Assembly (NCBI GenBank): GCA_964016885.1
Contig: OZ024742.1
Coordinates: forward strand, 27,900,001-27,964,000
Length of the DNA: 64,000 nucleotides
From: Eledone cirrhosa
Lineage: Eukaryota
Reading direction: 5' to 3'
The first letter of the stretch is position 1; each line of letters begins with the position of its first letter. The notes beneath the pieces are model-generated. The model was not told the origin of the DNA. It saw only the letters and a list, made by a program, of their open reading frames with translations, and made no database searches. Position numbers and translations under genes: made by a program. This document shows positions 41,088 to 54,399 of this stretch, piece by piece.

Positions 41088-41432
41088 CATCATCATTTCA
41101 TCATTTCATTTTACGTCTGCTTTTTCCCTGCTTGCAAGGATGGGACAGGAACTGATGCTGGCTTGATTTCTACAGCTGGATGCCCTTCCTAACACCAACC
41201 TCATTTACAGTGAGTGCTGGGTGCTTTTTTGCCGTGGCACCTCCACGACCACTTTGCAGTGGAATGATATGGAGCCCAGTCCCTATCATCTCATTTCTAC
41301 AGCTGAGTAAACTGGAGCAATGTGAAATAAAGTGTCTTGCTCAAGGAAACAACACATCACCGAGTCTGAGAATTGAACTCACAATCTTTCTATTGCAAGG
41401 CCAATGCTCTAACCACTAAGCCATGTGTCTCC
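41088..41432 (-). mobile_element. SINE-B
   Basis: Reverse complement of 4248-4590. Confidence 0.85.
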
Positions 41433-41449
41433 ATAGATATATAAATATA

Positions 41450-41700
41450 TAGTTATGTAATAAGCAGCATGAGACAATTATTCCATTTACCAAAGGTTTC
41501 ACGAAGACAGACGAGCTAGACATAGACGTCTGAAATCGCTCATCAGAATGACATTTTATTTGATGTGGATGTAAGATATGGATTTAAAAAGAAAGGCTAA
41601 AAATAGTAACTGTCTTATGTTGTTTATTACATAATTAAATAGCTCTGTAACTTACACAGAGCACTCTCCTTTCCTTTACCTTTCCTACGGAAACACTTAA
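41450..41700. mobile_element. Small inverted-repeat hammerhead element
   Basis: 31-bp inverted repeats 41450-41480 / 41607-41637 (5 transitions) enclose the hammerhead; about 60-bp extension, then (TA)n. Confidence 0.6.
41483..41551 (-). ncRNA. Type I hammerhead ribozyme, apparently intact
   Basis: Minus strand CAUU-CUGAUGA-GCGA uuu CAGACG[loop]CGUCUG ucu UCGU-GAAA-CC uuu GG-UA|AAUG. Core complete, stems I-III pair, predicted cleavage after GUA (41488/41487). Confidence 0.85.
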
Positions 41701-41714
41701 TATATATATATATA

Positions 41715-42984
41715 TCCAAACATGGAAGCACGGCCTAGAATCAAAAGGCCTTAAAATTAACCTAGCTAAGACTAAAGTTCTAGTTTGTAAGAAAGAAAAT
41801 AAGGCGGCGGTCCCCTTGGGGAAGTGGCCATGCGCAGAGTGTAGGAAAGGCGTAGGTAGAAATTCCATTTTGTGTCCCAAATGCAAAGTTTGGGTGCATA
41901 AAAGATGTAGTGGGATCACAGGTAAGCTAACTAAGAACATAGATTTTACATGTGGCCGGTGTTCTGGGAATATAAGTAGCAGCAAGTGCCCACAAAATAC
42001 TAGCTCTTTCAACTGCGAAGAGGGTTCTATAGAAATAGTGGACAGCTTCCGTTACCTGGGTGACAAAATCAGCAGTGGGGGAGGGTGCTCTGAAAGTACA
42101 GTAGCTAGAGTCAGAACTGGGTGGAAAAAGTTCAGAGAGCTTATACCACTATTAGCCGCTAAAGGGTTCTCCCTAAAAATGAAAGGCAGGCTGTACGATG
42201 CCTGCATACGAACAGCAATGTTGCATGGCAGTGAGACCTGGGCATTGTGTGCAGAGCATATACGCAGACTAGAGAGAAACGAAGCTTGCATGCTCCGCTG
42301 GATGTGTAATAGTAATATACGTGAACGACAAAGCATAAACGAACTAAGGAAAAAATTAGAAATAAGAGGGATCAGATGTTGTTTACTAGAGAGAAGGCTA
42401 CGTTGGTATGGTCACGTGATGCGCATGAAGGATGATAGCTGTATAACAAAGTGCAGGGCAATAAAGATAGACGGTAGCCACGGAATAGGCAGACCCAGAA
42501 AAACCTGGGACGAGCTGATAAACTCCGACCTCACACACTTACACCTCACCAAGACAATGTCACTGGACCGAGACCTTTGGCGGTACTCAGTAATAGAGAA
42601 GACCCGCCTTGCCAGTAGGCATCTCTAACAAAATACACCCCGTCCCACCACCACCACCACCCCATCCACACCACCCCGTCCTATGTAAAGTTATGTTGGT
42701 GCCGCGCCATCCAGGCCGAAACAAATGAGATCGTGTAGGTGTCACGACAAAAAAACACACAGTACACGCTGTAATGTGGCCGTGTAGGCAACACGGTAAA
42801 AACCTCCCAGACCCACACTGTAAATGTGGTTGGTGTTAGGAAGGGCATCCAACTGTAGAAAACCTGCCAGACAGTCCTATGCGAGCAAGAAAATCACTCT
42901 TGCCTCAAGTGGGACTACCCCCGTCCAAACCCATGCAAGCATGGAACACGGACGTTAAACGTTGATGATGATGATGATGATGAT
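41715..42984 (+). mobile_element. 5'-truncated RTE copy in (TA)n
   Basis: ORF 41816-42628 matches the RTE C-terminus; full 3'UTR and (GAT)n tail. Confidence 0.92.
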
Positions 42985-43029
42985 ATATATGTCTGTGCGT
43001 CTGTATATATTCTACAATTAGATACACAC

Positions 43030-43219
43030 AGTAGAAGGAAGACGCAATAGAAGTAGACCACGTAAAACATGGGCGGAGGTGGTGAGTGCAGACGTCAGAT
43101 CGCTGAAACTCACCGAGGAGATGACGAAGGACCGTGACAAGTGGAGAAATGCTGTGCTGAATAGGACCCGTCCAACCCTTGCAAGCAGGGAAAAGTGGAC
43201 GTGAAATGCTGATGATGAC

Positions 43220-43220
<1 letters not shown>
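43030..43220 (+). mobile_element. RTE 3' end fragment
   Basis: GRNR-RPRKTWAEVVSADVRSLKLTEEMTKDRDKWR-like translation plus the shared tail. Confidence 0.7.
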
Positions 43221-43257
<37 letters not shown>

Positions 43258-43327
43258 TTTTTATCTAAAGACATTTTTTTCCAATTCCAATCCGCCTGTC
43301 CCCTCAATCTATCTTATTTCTCATTCT

Positions 43328-43365
43328 TCCTTCTGATGAAGGACTAGTGTCCGAAATGTTAAGTC
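43328..43365 (+). ncRNA. Minimal type I hammerhead (family B)
   Basis: CTT-CTGATGA-A-GGAC TAGT GTCC-GAAA-TGTT|AAG. Confidence 0.6.
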
Positions 43366-43737
43366 ACTCTTCCTGCTATATCAAGCGTTAACCTAATATA
43401 TCCCTTCCATATACTGTACTGATTGTGTTGTTATTTCTGTTTACCTTTTACATACATATATTTTTTTTCCGTTCTTTGCCAGGGAACGTTTCCACGAATC
43501 AAAGTATCATCTTCCTGTTTTCCTCCGGTTGCAACGGTTTTTGAAATATTCACTTCTGCGTTCACAGATTGACTTTGTTAGTTTCAGAAGATCCCGTTAA
43601 GGGTGAAAGCAGCGATTCTTTGCTTAAACTTTAATCTGTTATTTTAATAAATATTTGCTCTACGGTTCTTATATATTTGATATATAATTATCCTTATCGA
43701 GCCCTCTTTGGATTTTAGTCTTCAAATTTATTATTAT

Positions 43738-43784
<47 letters not shown>

Positions 43785-43905
43785 GGAGGTGAGTTTTATT
43801 GTAGTACAATAAAGCAATGCAGATATCGGATAAGAAGCACTCTACAGTTTGTAGGACTGGAGTATACATAATATAAGATCAAAAGATGGTTAAAGGAGTT
43901 CCATG

Positions 43906-43976
43906 TATTTTATTATGCGCATTTCAAAAACAAACATCATCATGCAATAATATTTGTGTTTTCATCAGATAAAACA
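43906..43976 (-). ncRNA. Type I hammerhead ribozyme (second copy of the same family, left arm)
   Basis: UGUUUUAU-CUGAUGA-stem II-GAAA-UGCGCA-UA|AUAAAAUA on the minus strand. Confidence 0.8.
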
Positions 43977-44370
43977 GGAGAACATGATATGAAGGCTAAA
44001 AAACACTTGTGGATAGTGCAGTTTTAAATCAACATATGAAAAGTGGTTTTAGATAAATAAAATATTTTTTCCTCGCACATATCCTCCCTTCGTTAATTTT
44101 CAAATTTTTTTAATTTATACATTATCTTCCAACGGTTTTCAACCTCTCTATGTAAAACAATATATCTCCTCTCAGTTATAAAAACTATCTCTTTCTCTCT
44201 ATCACCCATCTCTCCCTCTCATCTCCTCCCCTTTTTCATCCTTTCCAACCCCCCCTCTCTAAATAAAATATTTTTCCCAATATCACACATCAATCTAAAA
44301 CCACTTTTCATATGTTGATTTAAAACTGCACTATCCACAAGTGTTTTTTAGCCTTCATATCATGTTCTCC

Positions 44371-44441
44371 TGTTTTATCTGATGAAAACACAAATATTAT
44401 TGCATGATGATGTTTGTTTTTGAAATGCGCATAACAAAATA
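44371..44441 (+). ncRNA. Type I hammerhead ribozyme (second copy, right arm; one stem I mismatch)
   Basis: TGTTTTAT-CTGATGA-AAACACAAATATTATTGCATGATGATGTTTGTTTTT-GAAA-TGCGCA-TA|ACAAAATA. Confidence 0.75.
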
Positions 44442-44470
44442 CATGGAACTCCTTTAACCATCTTTTGATC

Positions 44471-44517
<47 letters not shown>

Positions 44518-46039
44518 GTGTGTGTATATATTCTACAACTACATGCATGCATATATATATACATATTTATATTTGTATATATATATATATATGTTTTATC
44601 ATCTTGGTTTTAAAGTCCACTTCCCCTTATATTTGTGTGTGCATATATATATATATATATATATTCATATATATAATATATATGTATATATAATATGCAT
44701 ATATATTTCATACACACAAAAATACATACATATCAATATGTAAGTATATATAGTATATATAAATATATATTGTATATATAAGAATATATAGTATATATAA
44801 GAATATATAGTATATATAAGAATATATAGTATATATAAGAATATATAGTATATATAAGAATATATAGTATATATAGTATATGTAGTATATATAAGTATAT
44901 ATAGTATATATAAGTATATATAGTGTATATAAGTATATATAGTATATATAAGAATATATAGTATATATAAGTATACATATAGTATATATAAGTAATAGTC
45001 ATCCTACAAAGTAAATGTTATTACTGCTGTATTCATCACACCACACTAATTACAATATCACAATCAGAATTTCTGGAGACATACCACTCCTTCCTCCCGC
45101 TTCTCCCCCACCTCTCTCCCTCCCTCTCTCTCTCACTCACTCTCTCTCTCTGTCCTATACCTCTCTTTCCCACCTGTTTCTTTTCTCACTACATAGAAAT
45201 ATTGATGAGGTTATTTACTGTTTTAGTTTTTGTTATTTTGTTTTGTCATGCCTTGTTTTTTTTATTTTACCTGGTTCTCATAAATCAGGAAATACACACA
45301 CATATATCCACATACATAAACACACACATCCACACACATATACACACATATCCACATGCATAGACACACATATCCACCTGCATATATATACATATCGACA
45401 TGTAGATACACACATATCCTCATGTATACACAAACATATCCACATATATACACACACATCCACATTCATACACACATATCCACATGCATACACACACATA
45501 TCCACATCTATACACATACACACATATCTACATACATACACATATCCACATGTATACACATAACCACATAGCTACATACATACACATATCCACGTGCATA
45601 CACACATACATATCCACATACATAAACACACATATCCACATCTATACACATACACACATATCTACATACACATATCCACATGTATACACATAACCACATA
45701 GCCACAAACATCCATACACATATCCACATGCATACACACACACATATCCACATACATACACACACATATCCACGTACATACATACACACATGCATAAACA
45801 CACACATCCACATGCTCATAGATTTACATAACAACAACAATGTCAACAACAACAGTAACAAATGCAATAACAACAACAATAATGTCAATAAACCCAACAA
45901 CAACATCATGAACAACATCAACAGAAATAACAACAACAAACCCATCAACAACAACAACAGCATCAACATCAACAACAACAGTAACAGCAACAACAACAAC
46001 AAGAGTAACAAGAAAAGTCAATTAAAGTCTTATATAGAT

Positions 46040-47452
46040 CTGATTTCTGAACAGTTTTACAGACATCTGTTGGTGTAACTATGGAATATTTCTGAACAGT
46101 TCTACTGACATCTGTTGGTGTAAGTGTGGAATATTTCTTAATAGTTCTACAGACATATGTTGGTGTAACTGTGGAATATTCTACAGACATCTGTTGGTGT
46201 AACTGTGGAATATTTCTTAACAGTTCTACAGACATCTGTTGGTGTAACTATGGAATATTTCTGAACAGTTCTACAGACATCTCTTGGTGTAACTGTGGAA
46301 CATTCTACAGACATCTGTTGGTGTAACTGTAGAATATTTCTTAACAGTTTTACAGACAGCTGTTGGTGTAACTATGGAATATGTCTGAACAGTTCTACAG
46401 ACATCTGTTGGTGTAAGTGTGGAATATTTCTAAAGTTCTACAGACATCTGTTGGTGTAACTGTGGAATATTTCTAAACAGTTCTATAGATATCTGTTGGT
46501 GTAACTGTGGAATATTTCTAAACTGTTCTACAGACATCTGTTGGTGTAACTGTGGAATATTTCTAAACTGTTCTACAGACATTGTTGGTGTAACTGTGGA
46601 ATATTTCTAAACAATTCTACAGATACCTGTTGGTGTAACTGTGGAATATTTCTAAACAATTCTACAGACATTGTTGGTGTAACTGTGGAATATTTCTAAA
46701 CAGTTCTACAGACATCTGTTGGTGTAACTGCGGAATATTTTTAAACAGTTTTACAGACATCTGTTGGTGTAACTGTGGAATATTTCTAAACTGTTCTACA
46801 GAAATTGTTGGTGTAACTGTGGAATATTTCTAAACTGTTCTACAGACATCTGTTGGTGTATCTGTGGAATATTTCTAAACTGTTCTACAGACATCTGTTG
46901 GTGTATCTATGGAATATTTCTAAACTGTTCTACAGACATTGTTGGTGTAACTGTGGAATATTTCTAAACAGTTCTACACATATCTGTTGGTGTAACTGTG
47001 GAATATTTCTAAACAGTTCTATAGATATCTGTTGGCGTAACTGTGGAATATTTATAAACAGTTCTACAGACATTGTTGGTGTAACTGTGGAATATTTCTA
47101 AACAATTCTACAGACATCTGTTGGTGTAACTGTGGAATATTTCTAAACTGTTCTACAGACATTGTTGGTGTAACTGTGGAATATTTCTAAACAATTCTAC
47201 AGATATCTTTTGGTGTAACTGTGAAATATTTCTAAACAGTTCTACAGATATCTGTTGGTGTAACTGGGAATATTTCTAAACAGTTCTACAGATATCTGTT
47301 GGTGTAACTGTGGAATATTTCTAAAGTTCTACAGACATCTGTTGGTGTAACTGTGGAATATTTCTAAACAGATCTACAGACATCTGTTGGTGTAACTGTG
47401 GAATATTTCTAAACAATTCTACAGACATTGTTGGCGTAACTGTGGAATATTT
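46040..47452. repeat. 45-bp minisatellite
   Basis: (ACAGACATCTGTTGGTGTAACTGTGGAATATTTCTAAACAGTTCT)n, about 32 copies. Confidence 0.95.
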
Positions 47453-48643
47453 TAGAATAATTTATTCATAGCTTCAATCTATAAAAATAGTTAGAATTTT
47501 AGTTTGGTTGCTGTTTGTTGTTGTTATTGCTGTTGTTCTTATTCTCGCTGACATAGTTGTTGTTGTTGATGTTCATGTTAATTTTAATATTGTTGTTGTT
47601 ATTACTGTTGTTATTGAAGATGTTATTGCTGATGTTGTTGTTGTTATTAAGGATGGCGTTGTTGTTACTGTTGTTGTTATTGATGATGATGTTGTGATTG
47701 CTGATGTTGTTGTTATTACTGTTTTTGTTGTTATTGAGAATGATGTTGTTGTTGTTGTGACTGTTGTTGTTGTAACTGTTGTTGTTGTTATTGGGGATGA
47801 TATTGTTGTTGTTGTTGTTGTTGTTCTATATTGGCCATGGATTGCAATGGCGGGCAGCACAGTTTATTTAAGTCATCGTACAAACATGACATGTTTGACT
47901 AATGTAATTGTTCTGTGAATGCTAGTAGCAGCGAATGTGAGAACGCTCTCATGGAATTTTGCAACGGATATCTGTGTCTGCAAACATCACTGTTGTACAA
48001 AAAAAAGAGTAGAGTGAGGGGTGGGGGTGGTGTTGTATGTGAAAGAGAGAGAGACATCTCTACATACATCTTTCTCCCTCTACATCTCCCTCTACCTATT
48101 TCTTTCTCTCTCTACATCTCTCTCTTCCTACTTATCTCTTTCTGTCTTGCTTGCTCTCTCTGTCTCTATCTATGTACCTCTCTCTCTCTCCATCTCTCTC
48201 AATCTCTACCAACCACTCACTCTCTTGCTCTCTCTCTCTCTCTACTCCTCTGTCTTGCTCCCTTTTTCTCTCTACATATGTACCTCTCTCCATCTCTCTC
48301 ACTCTCTCCCTACCATTCACTATCTTGCTCTCTCTCTCTCACTCTACCTACCCCTCTCTGTCTCTTCCTCTGTATCTCTCTCCATCTCACTCTCATTCTA
48401 CCTACCTACCTCTCTGGGAGAAACAATGAGACAGTGATAGAGGGAGAGAGAGAGAGGAAGAGAGAGGGGGAGAGAGAGAGATTGTTTGGAGTTTTCTTTC
48501 ATTATTCGAAAAACATGAAATTGATGTTGAAGCATCTATGGAAATATATTTATTTGTGGATGTTTTTTATTTGTAAACATGTATGTATACAGACACACAC
48601 ACATATATATATATAAATAGGGAGAGAGAGAGAGAGAAATATA

Positions 48644-48704
<61 letters not shown>

Positions 48705-48984
48705 GATGTCCCTAAAAATGTATACACTGCAACAACATTCTAATAAATGCGTGTATACATTTTTGGAATATATATATATGTATATATATATATGTATGAA
48801 TAGGTATGTATATACACATATGCATGTATATATACTCATACATACACATGCATGTAGATATACACATACATACACATGCATATTTATATAATCATACATA
48901 CACACACATGCATATGCACATATATATATATATATGGGTATATATATACACATATATATGTATATATATATGCATATATATTTA

Positions 48985-49059
<75 letters not shown>

Positions 49060-49711
49060 GCTTAGATTTGGGCAATATAAAATTCGATATTTTATTAAAA
49101 TGATATTATTGAAACACAAATAGTTGCCAATATTCCTTCAGTCATCACTAGAGGCTGGGTTTATTAACTTTTTCATGGCTTACACAGGAAAGAAAGGAGA
49201 CATGGGGTGGTGGTGTGAGGGAGCAGCAATGACTGTGACCTTCACATATCATTCATAACCATGACCTTTGCAGGTCTCCTCCAGTTAGAGAGGTATGTGA
49301 TAAACATCATTTAACATCTGCTTTCTCTGTTAAGGGTTGGACAGGTCTACCTGCACCAAGTCAGTACTGAAGCAGGACCACTGATGTTCCAGACTGGTTC
49401 AAGGAGGTATATTCATATATATAGATGAACATACACACACACACATATATATACCAATACACACACATGCACACACACACACACACGTGTACGCACATGC
49501 ACACATATAGCTCTATATACAAAACGTTTTTTTTTCCTTTCAGATAGATGTGCTCCATCGTCCACTTTTCTAAATAAGTATATTATACACAAAACGCCAG
49601 CATCAACAGTTTTCCAAGAGATGGCAACAAGAATGGACCTGTTATTTTTCTCTAAAAATTTTTTCAGATTCTGCTCTGTCCCTCCTCTCAATCTTTCTAA
49701 TTTCTCATTCT

Positions 49712-49749
49712 GTCTTCTGATGAAGGACTAACGTCCGAAACCTTAAGAC
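49712..49749 (+). ncRNA. Minimal type I hammerhead (family B)
   Basis: GTCTT-CTGATGA-A-GGAC TAAC GTCC-GAAA-CCTT|AAGAC. Stems I and II perfect; stem III mutated from consensus ACGT. Confidence 0.65.
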
Positions 49750-50119
49750 CACCTTCCTGCTATTTCAAGTGTTAAACTAATATATTTTTCCAATGTACTG
49801 TGTCATTTGCTTTGTTATTTATGTTTATGTTTTACATATATTACTCATTACTGTTACATGTTCCAGGATAGACTGGGTACTGTGGTTTTGGTGGCACTGG
49901 ATCAGCATACAATATAAGGTAAAAAAAGTCTTAGTCCTGTCAATAATTTTCCAATGTCTCTAGTGTTAATGCCATGATAAAATACACCCTGTTACATCCA
50001 GTACACTCTGTAAGGTGGCTAGCTTTAGGAAAGTGATATAGCAGTAGAAACCATGCAAATATATGAAATATATGAGCACAATAGAGTTTTCAGACCTAAC
50101 ACCCATTTCAATATATATA

Positions 50120-50790
50120 TATCTTCTTTGCCCACTTATTCCTGAGAGATTCATAGAAAGCAGAATCCTCAAACTCTCCTTTTAGTGGGTTCTGTCAGAA
50201 GCAACCACCTCCAAATTATTCAGTTGTATCCCCAAGCAAGACCAGCCAAGCTTATGGATGTTGTCCAACCATCTTGCTCAGGATCTGCCCCTGGGTTTCT
50301 GGCCAGCTTGTTTTGCCCATAAAATCTATCCAGCAATTCATTCCTGAGACATTCTAACCACATGCCCATAACATTGGAGATATGATCTCTCAATTCAGAG
50401 AAGTAGCGGCTCGTCCTTCAGTTACTCTCTGATCTCCAAGCTATGCACTCTACTGAGTAATGTTACTCCAGAGACCCTTTGGAGGAACCCCATTTCAGTC
50501 GTTGTATTCACATTACTGCACCAGCTCATGCAATTCAGCCGCCTACCTTCCATCACTCATGAACATGTCCCCAAGATACTCTCCACCTGCTTCAGTAGAT
50601 CTTCATTCACATATAAAGTGTGCTGTGTAGGTTTCTTTGAGAGGACAAGTGTCTCAGTTTCAACAAGACTGATTTTCATTCCAGCCATGCAGCATTTAGC
50701 ATCAAACCTATCAAGTGCAAACCAGATATCACCTTCTGTCGAGTTAAGTAACACTATGTCATCTGCAAATTCCAGTTAACTGATTTACAC
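50120..50790 (-). mobile_element. Degenerate RTE-like 3' fragment (family with GAA-rich tail)
   Basis: FADDI..GMKIS..TETLV..LKQVE; tail CTCTCAGGAATAAGTGGGCAAAGAAG shared with 23565-23800 (-) and 52561-52770 (+). Confidence 0.7.
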
Positions 50791-50818
50791 CTGCCAGCAG
50801 TGAACACAATATATATAA

Positions 50819-50857
<39 letters not shown>

Positions 50858-51548
50858 CACTTACATATAGATATACACACATATGTAGATATATATATAT
50901 GTATATACATGTGCATATATATATACACGCATATGGATATTGAAAGTTTTCAGACTGTAGATGATGATCAAGTGAAGAATTATTTACTCTAACCTATAAT
51001 AATTAGCCAGAATTACACATCTGCTTTGTATGGTACCAGAAAGTAGTAGAATTCTTTCTTCCAATTACATAACAAAGGGAATATCTTCTTGCTCAGTTTA
51101 AAATTTTCCTTTCATCATCGACTTGAAAATCCAGAAGTGCATTCATTATCAAACATTCTTGCATTCTAACAAATCTCCTTGGTTTTTCCCAAACATGAGA
51201 TATTTTAGACTTTAATTTAGCCATTCCTGTTATCGTTTCTTCCCCACTTTCTTGTGAAATGTTCATGTTTCATCTATTATTTTATATATGCATAAAAGGA
51301 AATTTTGCTGTGTCTGACATTTATAATTTTTAACCAGAATAGATATTGGTTGTTATATTCAGATTATGATTATTCCCTTTTTTCTTCCTATGATTATTAT
51401 TATATCCCTGCTGCTCTGATCATATACATCAAAGCTTTGTAAGTTTTCTCCATGTTTTTATAAATTTCTCTGGAGTTTTATCGTTACAATTGTTAAAAAT
51501 ATTCTCAAGAGAATGTGGGCTCTAAAAAACCTCAATCATTACCATTAT

Positions 51549-51738
51549 GTGGATTGGCAGTATCGGTAGAGAGTCGAACACCATACTTTGAAGCATAGAG
51601 ATACATCCCTTTATGATCTGAGTTCAAATCCTGCCGAGGTTAACTTTGCCTTTCATCCTTACGGGGTTGATAAAATAAAGTACCAGTAATGTACTGGGTA
51701 ATTGCTGGCCTTCTGCCAAAAATAGAAACAATTATTAT
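51549..51738 (+). mobile_element. SINE-A
   Basis: Full match to the family. Confidence 0.85.
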
Positions 51739-52560
51739 TTTATGTCAGCATTCCAAGCTATCATGGGTTGGACAAGTTGTTGTGGTCTAAATCAATTCTT
51801 ATTTTCTAACCACATCATGTTCATATGTTTCATTTTCCACAAGGCTTCTGTAGCTGTATGTCTTTCATAACTTCAACCACTTTATCAAACCTTCCAGTGC
51901 CAATAACGGCAGTGATGATATAAAATAATTTGTTTCAATATACTTGTGCTTTGGTTTTTACTATACTGATGCTCTACTGATTCTCAATATATTAGTATGA
52001 TCATGTTTTTAATTTCTTTCTTAACCTCGTATTGGTGATATAAATGTGATCTAATCTTAATCTTAATACACATGTACAGAATATATATATATAAGCCCTT
52101 CCAAGCCCCAAACTGTAACAGAAATTCTGTTTATCAAGTGTGGAGAGTGTTTCTTTATAATAGTACCAGCATTAAAGAGGTTATCATATCCTGAACAAGA
52201 TTGAAGAGTTTTTCTTTTCCATCCTATGTTGTCTCCATTCAATTACCAACCACTTTACAGAGTGTACTGGGTGCATTCCGTCTATTGTGATGCCAACCAA
52301 CTTCACAGACACTTATTAAATTAGGAAGATACAACCACAAGCATGGATAGCTTAGACTTCCCCCCACTCCCAGTAACATACAGGATGTCCCTAAAGTTGG
52401 GACACATAGGAATGGTGAGGTTAACCAACAGAATGTTTGATACTGGTCACAAAATAATCTGCATTGTATATGGTCCAAACAGCAAGGAGTTGTTATTTAT
52501 TAATATTTCAAGTAAATAAAATGTTATTGAATTTTTTTTTTTTGGGGGGGGGGGGGGGGG

Positions 52561-52770
52561 TCAGATTGTCTCAGGGAAATATCGCTGGACAGATTTTACA
52601 GGTAAAACCAACTGGCAGGAGACCCTGGGGTAGACATTGAGCAAGCTGGTTGGATAACATCCATGAGCTGGTCTCACTTGGGAATCCAGCCGGGTCAGTT
52701 GGAGACGGTTGCTTCTGTGAGGACTCTGCTCCCATGACCCTCTCAGGAATAAGTAGAAGAAGAAGAAGAT
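52561..52770 (+). mobile_element. RTE-like 3' fragment
   Basis: VKPTGRRPWGR..WLDNIH-like translation; (GAA)n tail. Confidence 0.65.
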
Positions 52771-52984
52771 ATGCATGTTGCTTATGTGTCCTTTCTGGAC
52801 ACCCTGTATATCAAAATATTATGGTATCTTCAAATATCAAACCATGCTACTACCCAATATGCTGAAGAATGCTGTCATTCATAAATGTATTAGAAAACTC
52901 AATGTTACATATACACACATACACAACTCTGTCTATCATTTATAATATACAATTGTGTTTTCCGTAATTTAGTAGTTTATTTAA

Positions 52985-53171
52985 CCCTTAACATCCTGTA
53001 CCACATGAAGTCACATTAGCAAGACATTCTTGAAAAGAACAAAAGAGAACTACAACTATACTACATTAAATATTAAAGTCTTTACTTTAATAGAGAAATG
53101 GCTTGTCCACTAGCAAAGACACAAACCCACTTTTAGATATTTTCTGCTAAATCATTACAGGATGTTAAGTG
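52985..53171. mobile_element. piggyBac-type MITE
   Basis: TTAA|CCCTTAACATCCTGTA ... TACAGGATGTTAAGTG|TTAA. Confidence 0.7.
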
Positions 53172-53449
53172 TTAAATACTGACAAGTCCCTAGGGAAATA
53201 ATTTCATTAACAATCTCTCTAATTGGGACAAGATGGCTAGATACAATTATACTCCTCTCTCTTCTTTGTATTATGTGAGAGGGAACAGGCAGAACTTGTA
53301 AATAATGTCAACAGTTTTGATGTTTAAAGAAAGGAGCAGCTGTATCTGATATAGAGGCAATGGTGAAGTTAATGTTGCCACCTGCCTTAATGAATTAGTT
53401 TGTCAGTAATTGTTGCTACTGTTTTTACTCAAACATCTTTTATATTTTC

Positions 53450-54072
53450 AGATAATTTGTTGTTTGGACCCTAAACTCCCAGTGGAGTTACAGTGGCAGT
53501 GTTGTGACATACACACATCTGTCATTTCCAGACTGTTTGTGGTTGGGACCATAACACCTGCTGGAACTATAGGGCACCTTAGTGACATACACACATCCTT
53601 CATATTTCCAGATTTTTGTTTAGAACCATAACTCCTGGGGGAGTTGAAGGGGCACTGAGTGACATAAGTACATCTTTCATGTTTCCAGATTGTTGTTTAG
53701 ACCCATAACACCTGGTGGAGTCATAGAGGCACCGTAATTACATAAGCACATCTTTCATATTTCCAAATTGTTTGATATTTTAACCCTAAACTCCTAGTGG
53801 AGTCCCAGGAGCACTGTAGTGACACACACACACATCTTTCATATTTCCAGATTTTTGTTGTTTGAAACCATAACTCTTAGGTGAGTCCCAGGGGCACTGT
53901 AGTGACATATACACATCTTTCAAATTTCGAGATTTTTGTTGTTTGGAACCATAATGTCTAGTGGAGTCATAAGGGCACCATAGTGACATACACACATTTT
54001 TCATATTTTCAGATTGCGTGTTGTTAGGATTCATAACTTCTGGTGGAGTCATCAGAGCATCGTAGGGATATA
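53450..54072. repeat. About 78-bp degenerate minisatellite
   Basis: Recurring GTGACATACACACATCTTTCATATTTCCAGATTTTTGTT..ACCATAACTCCTAGTGGAGTC. Confidence 0.85.
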
Positions 54073-54399
54073 CAGTGCTTCGTGGGAATTCTCATCCTAG
54101 ATTTTCATATTGATAACTTTGTAAATCAATACTTATTTCCAGGTAATTTTGTGAAGTAAGAAAGATGTTGGTCTGAATGCAAAGGTTTTCCTGTTAGTAT
54201 TTAGGTGTATCTGATTGATTCTATTTGATGTCCTTGTTATCCCTTTTGATACCAAACTGCCTGGCAACACCCCTGCTTCTATGATGTAAAACTGTTTATG
54301 TTAAATTCTTCATCATCATCATCATCTGCATTTTTACATCCAATTTTCTAATAACTTCGATACACACAGCATCTAAAAAGTGGGATACACACAGCATAA

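Larger units (their letters stand above)
43783..44470. mobile_element. (TA)n-inserted inverted-repeat hammerhead element (family D, copy 2)
   Basis: Same sequence as 37728-38155 with about 180-bp arms (43876-44054 / 44293-44470) and an about 240-bp spacer; (TA)n flanks. Confidence 0.75.
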
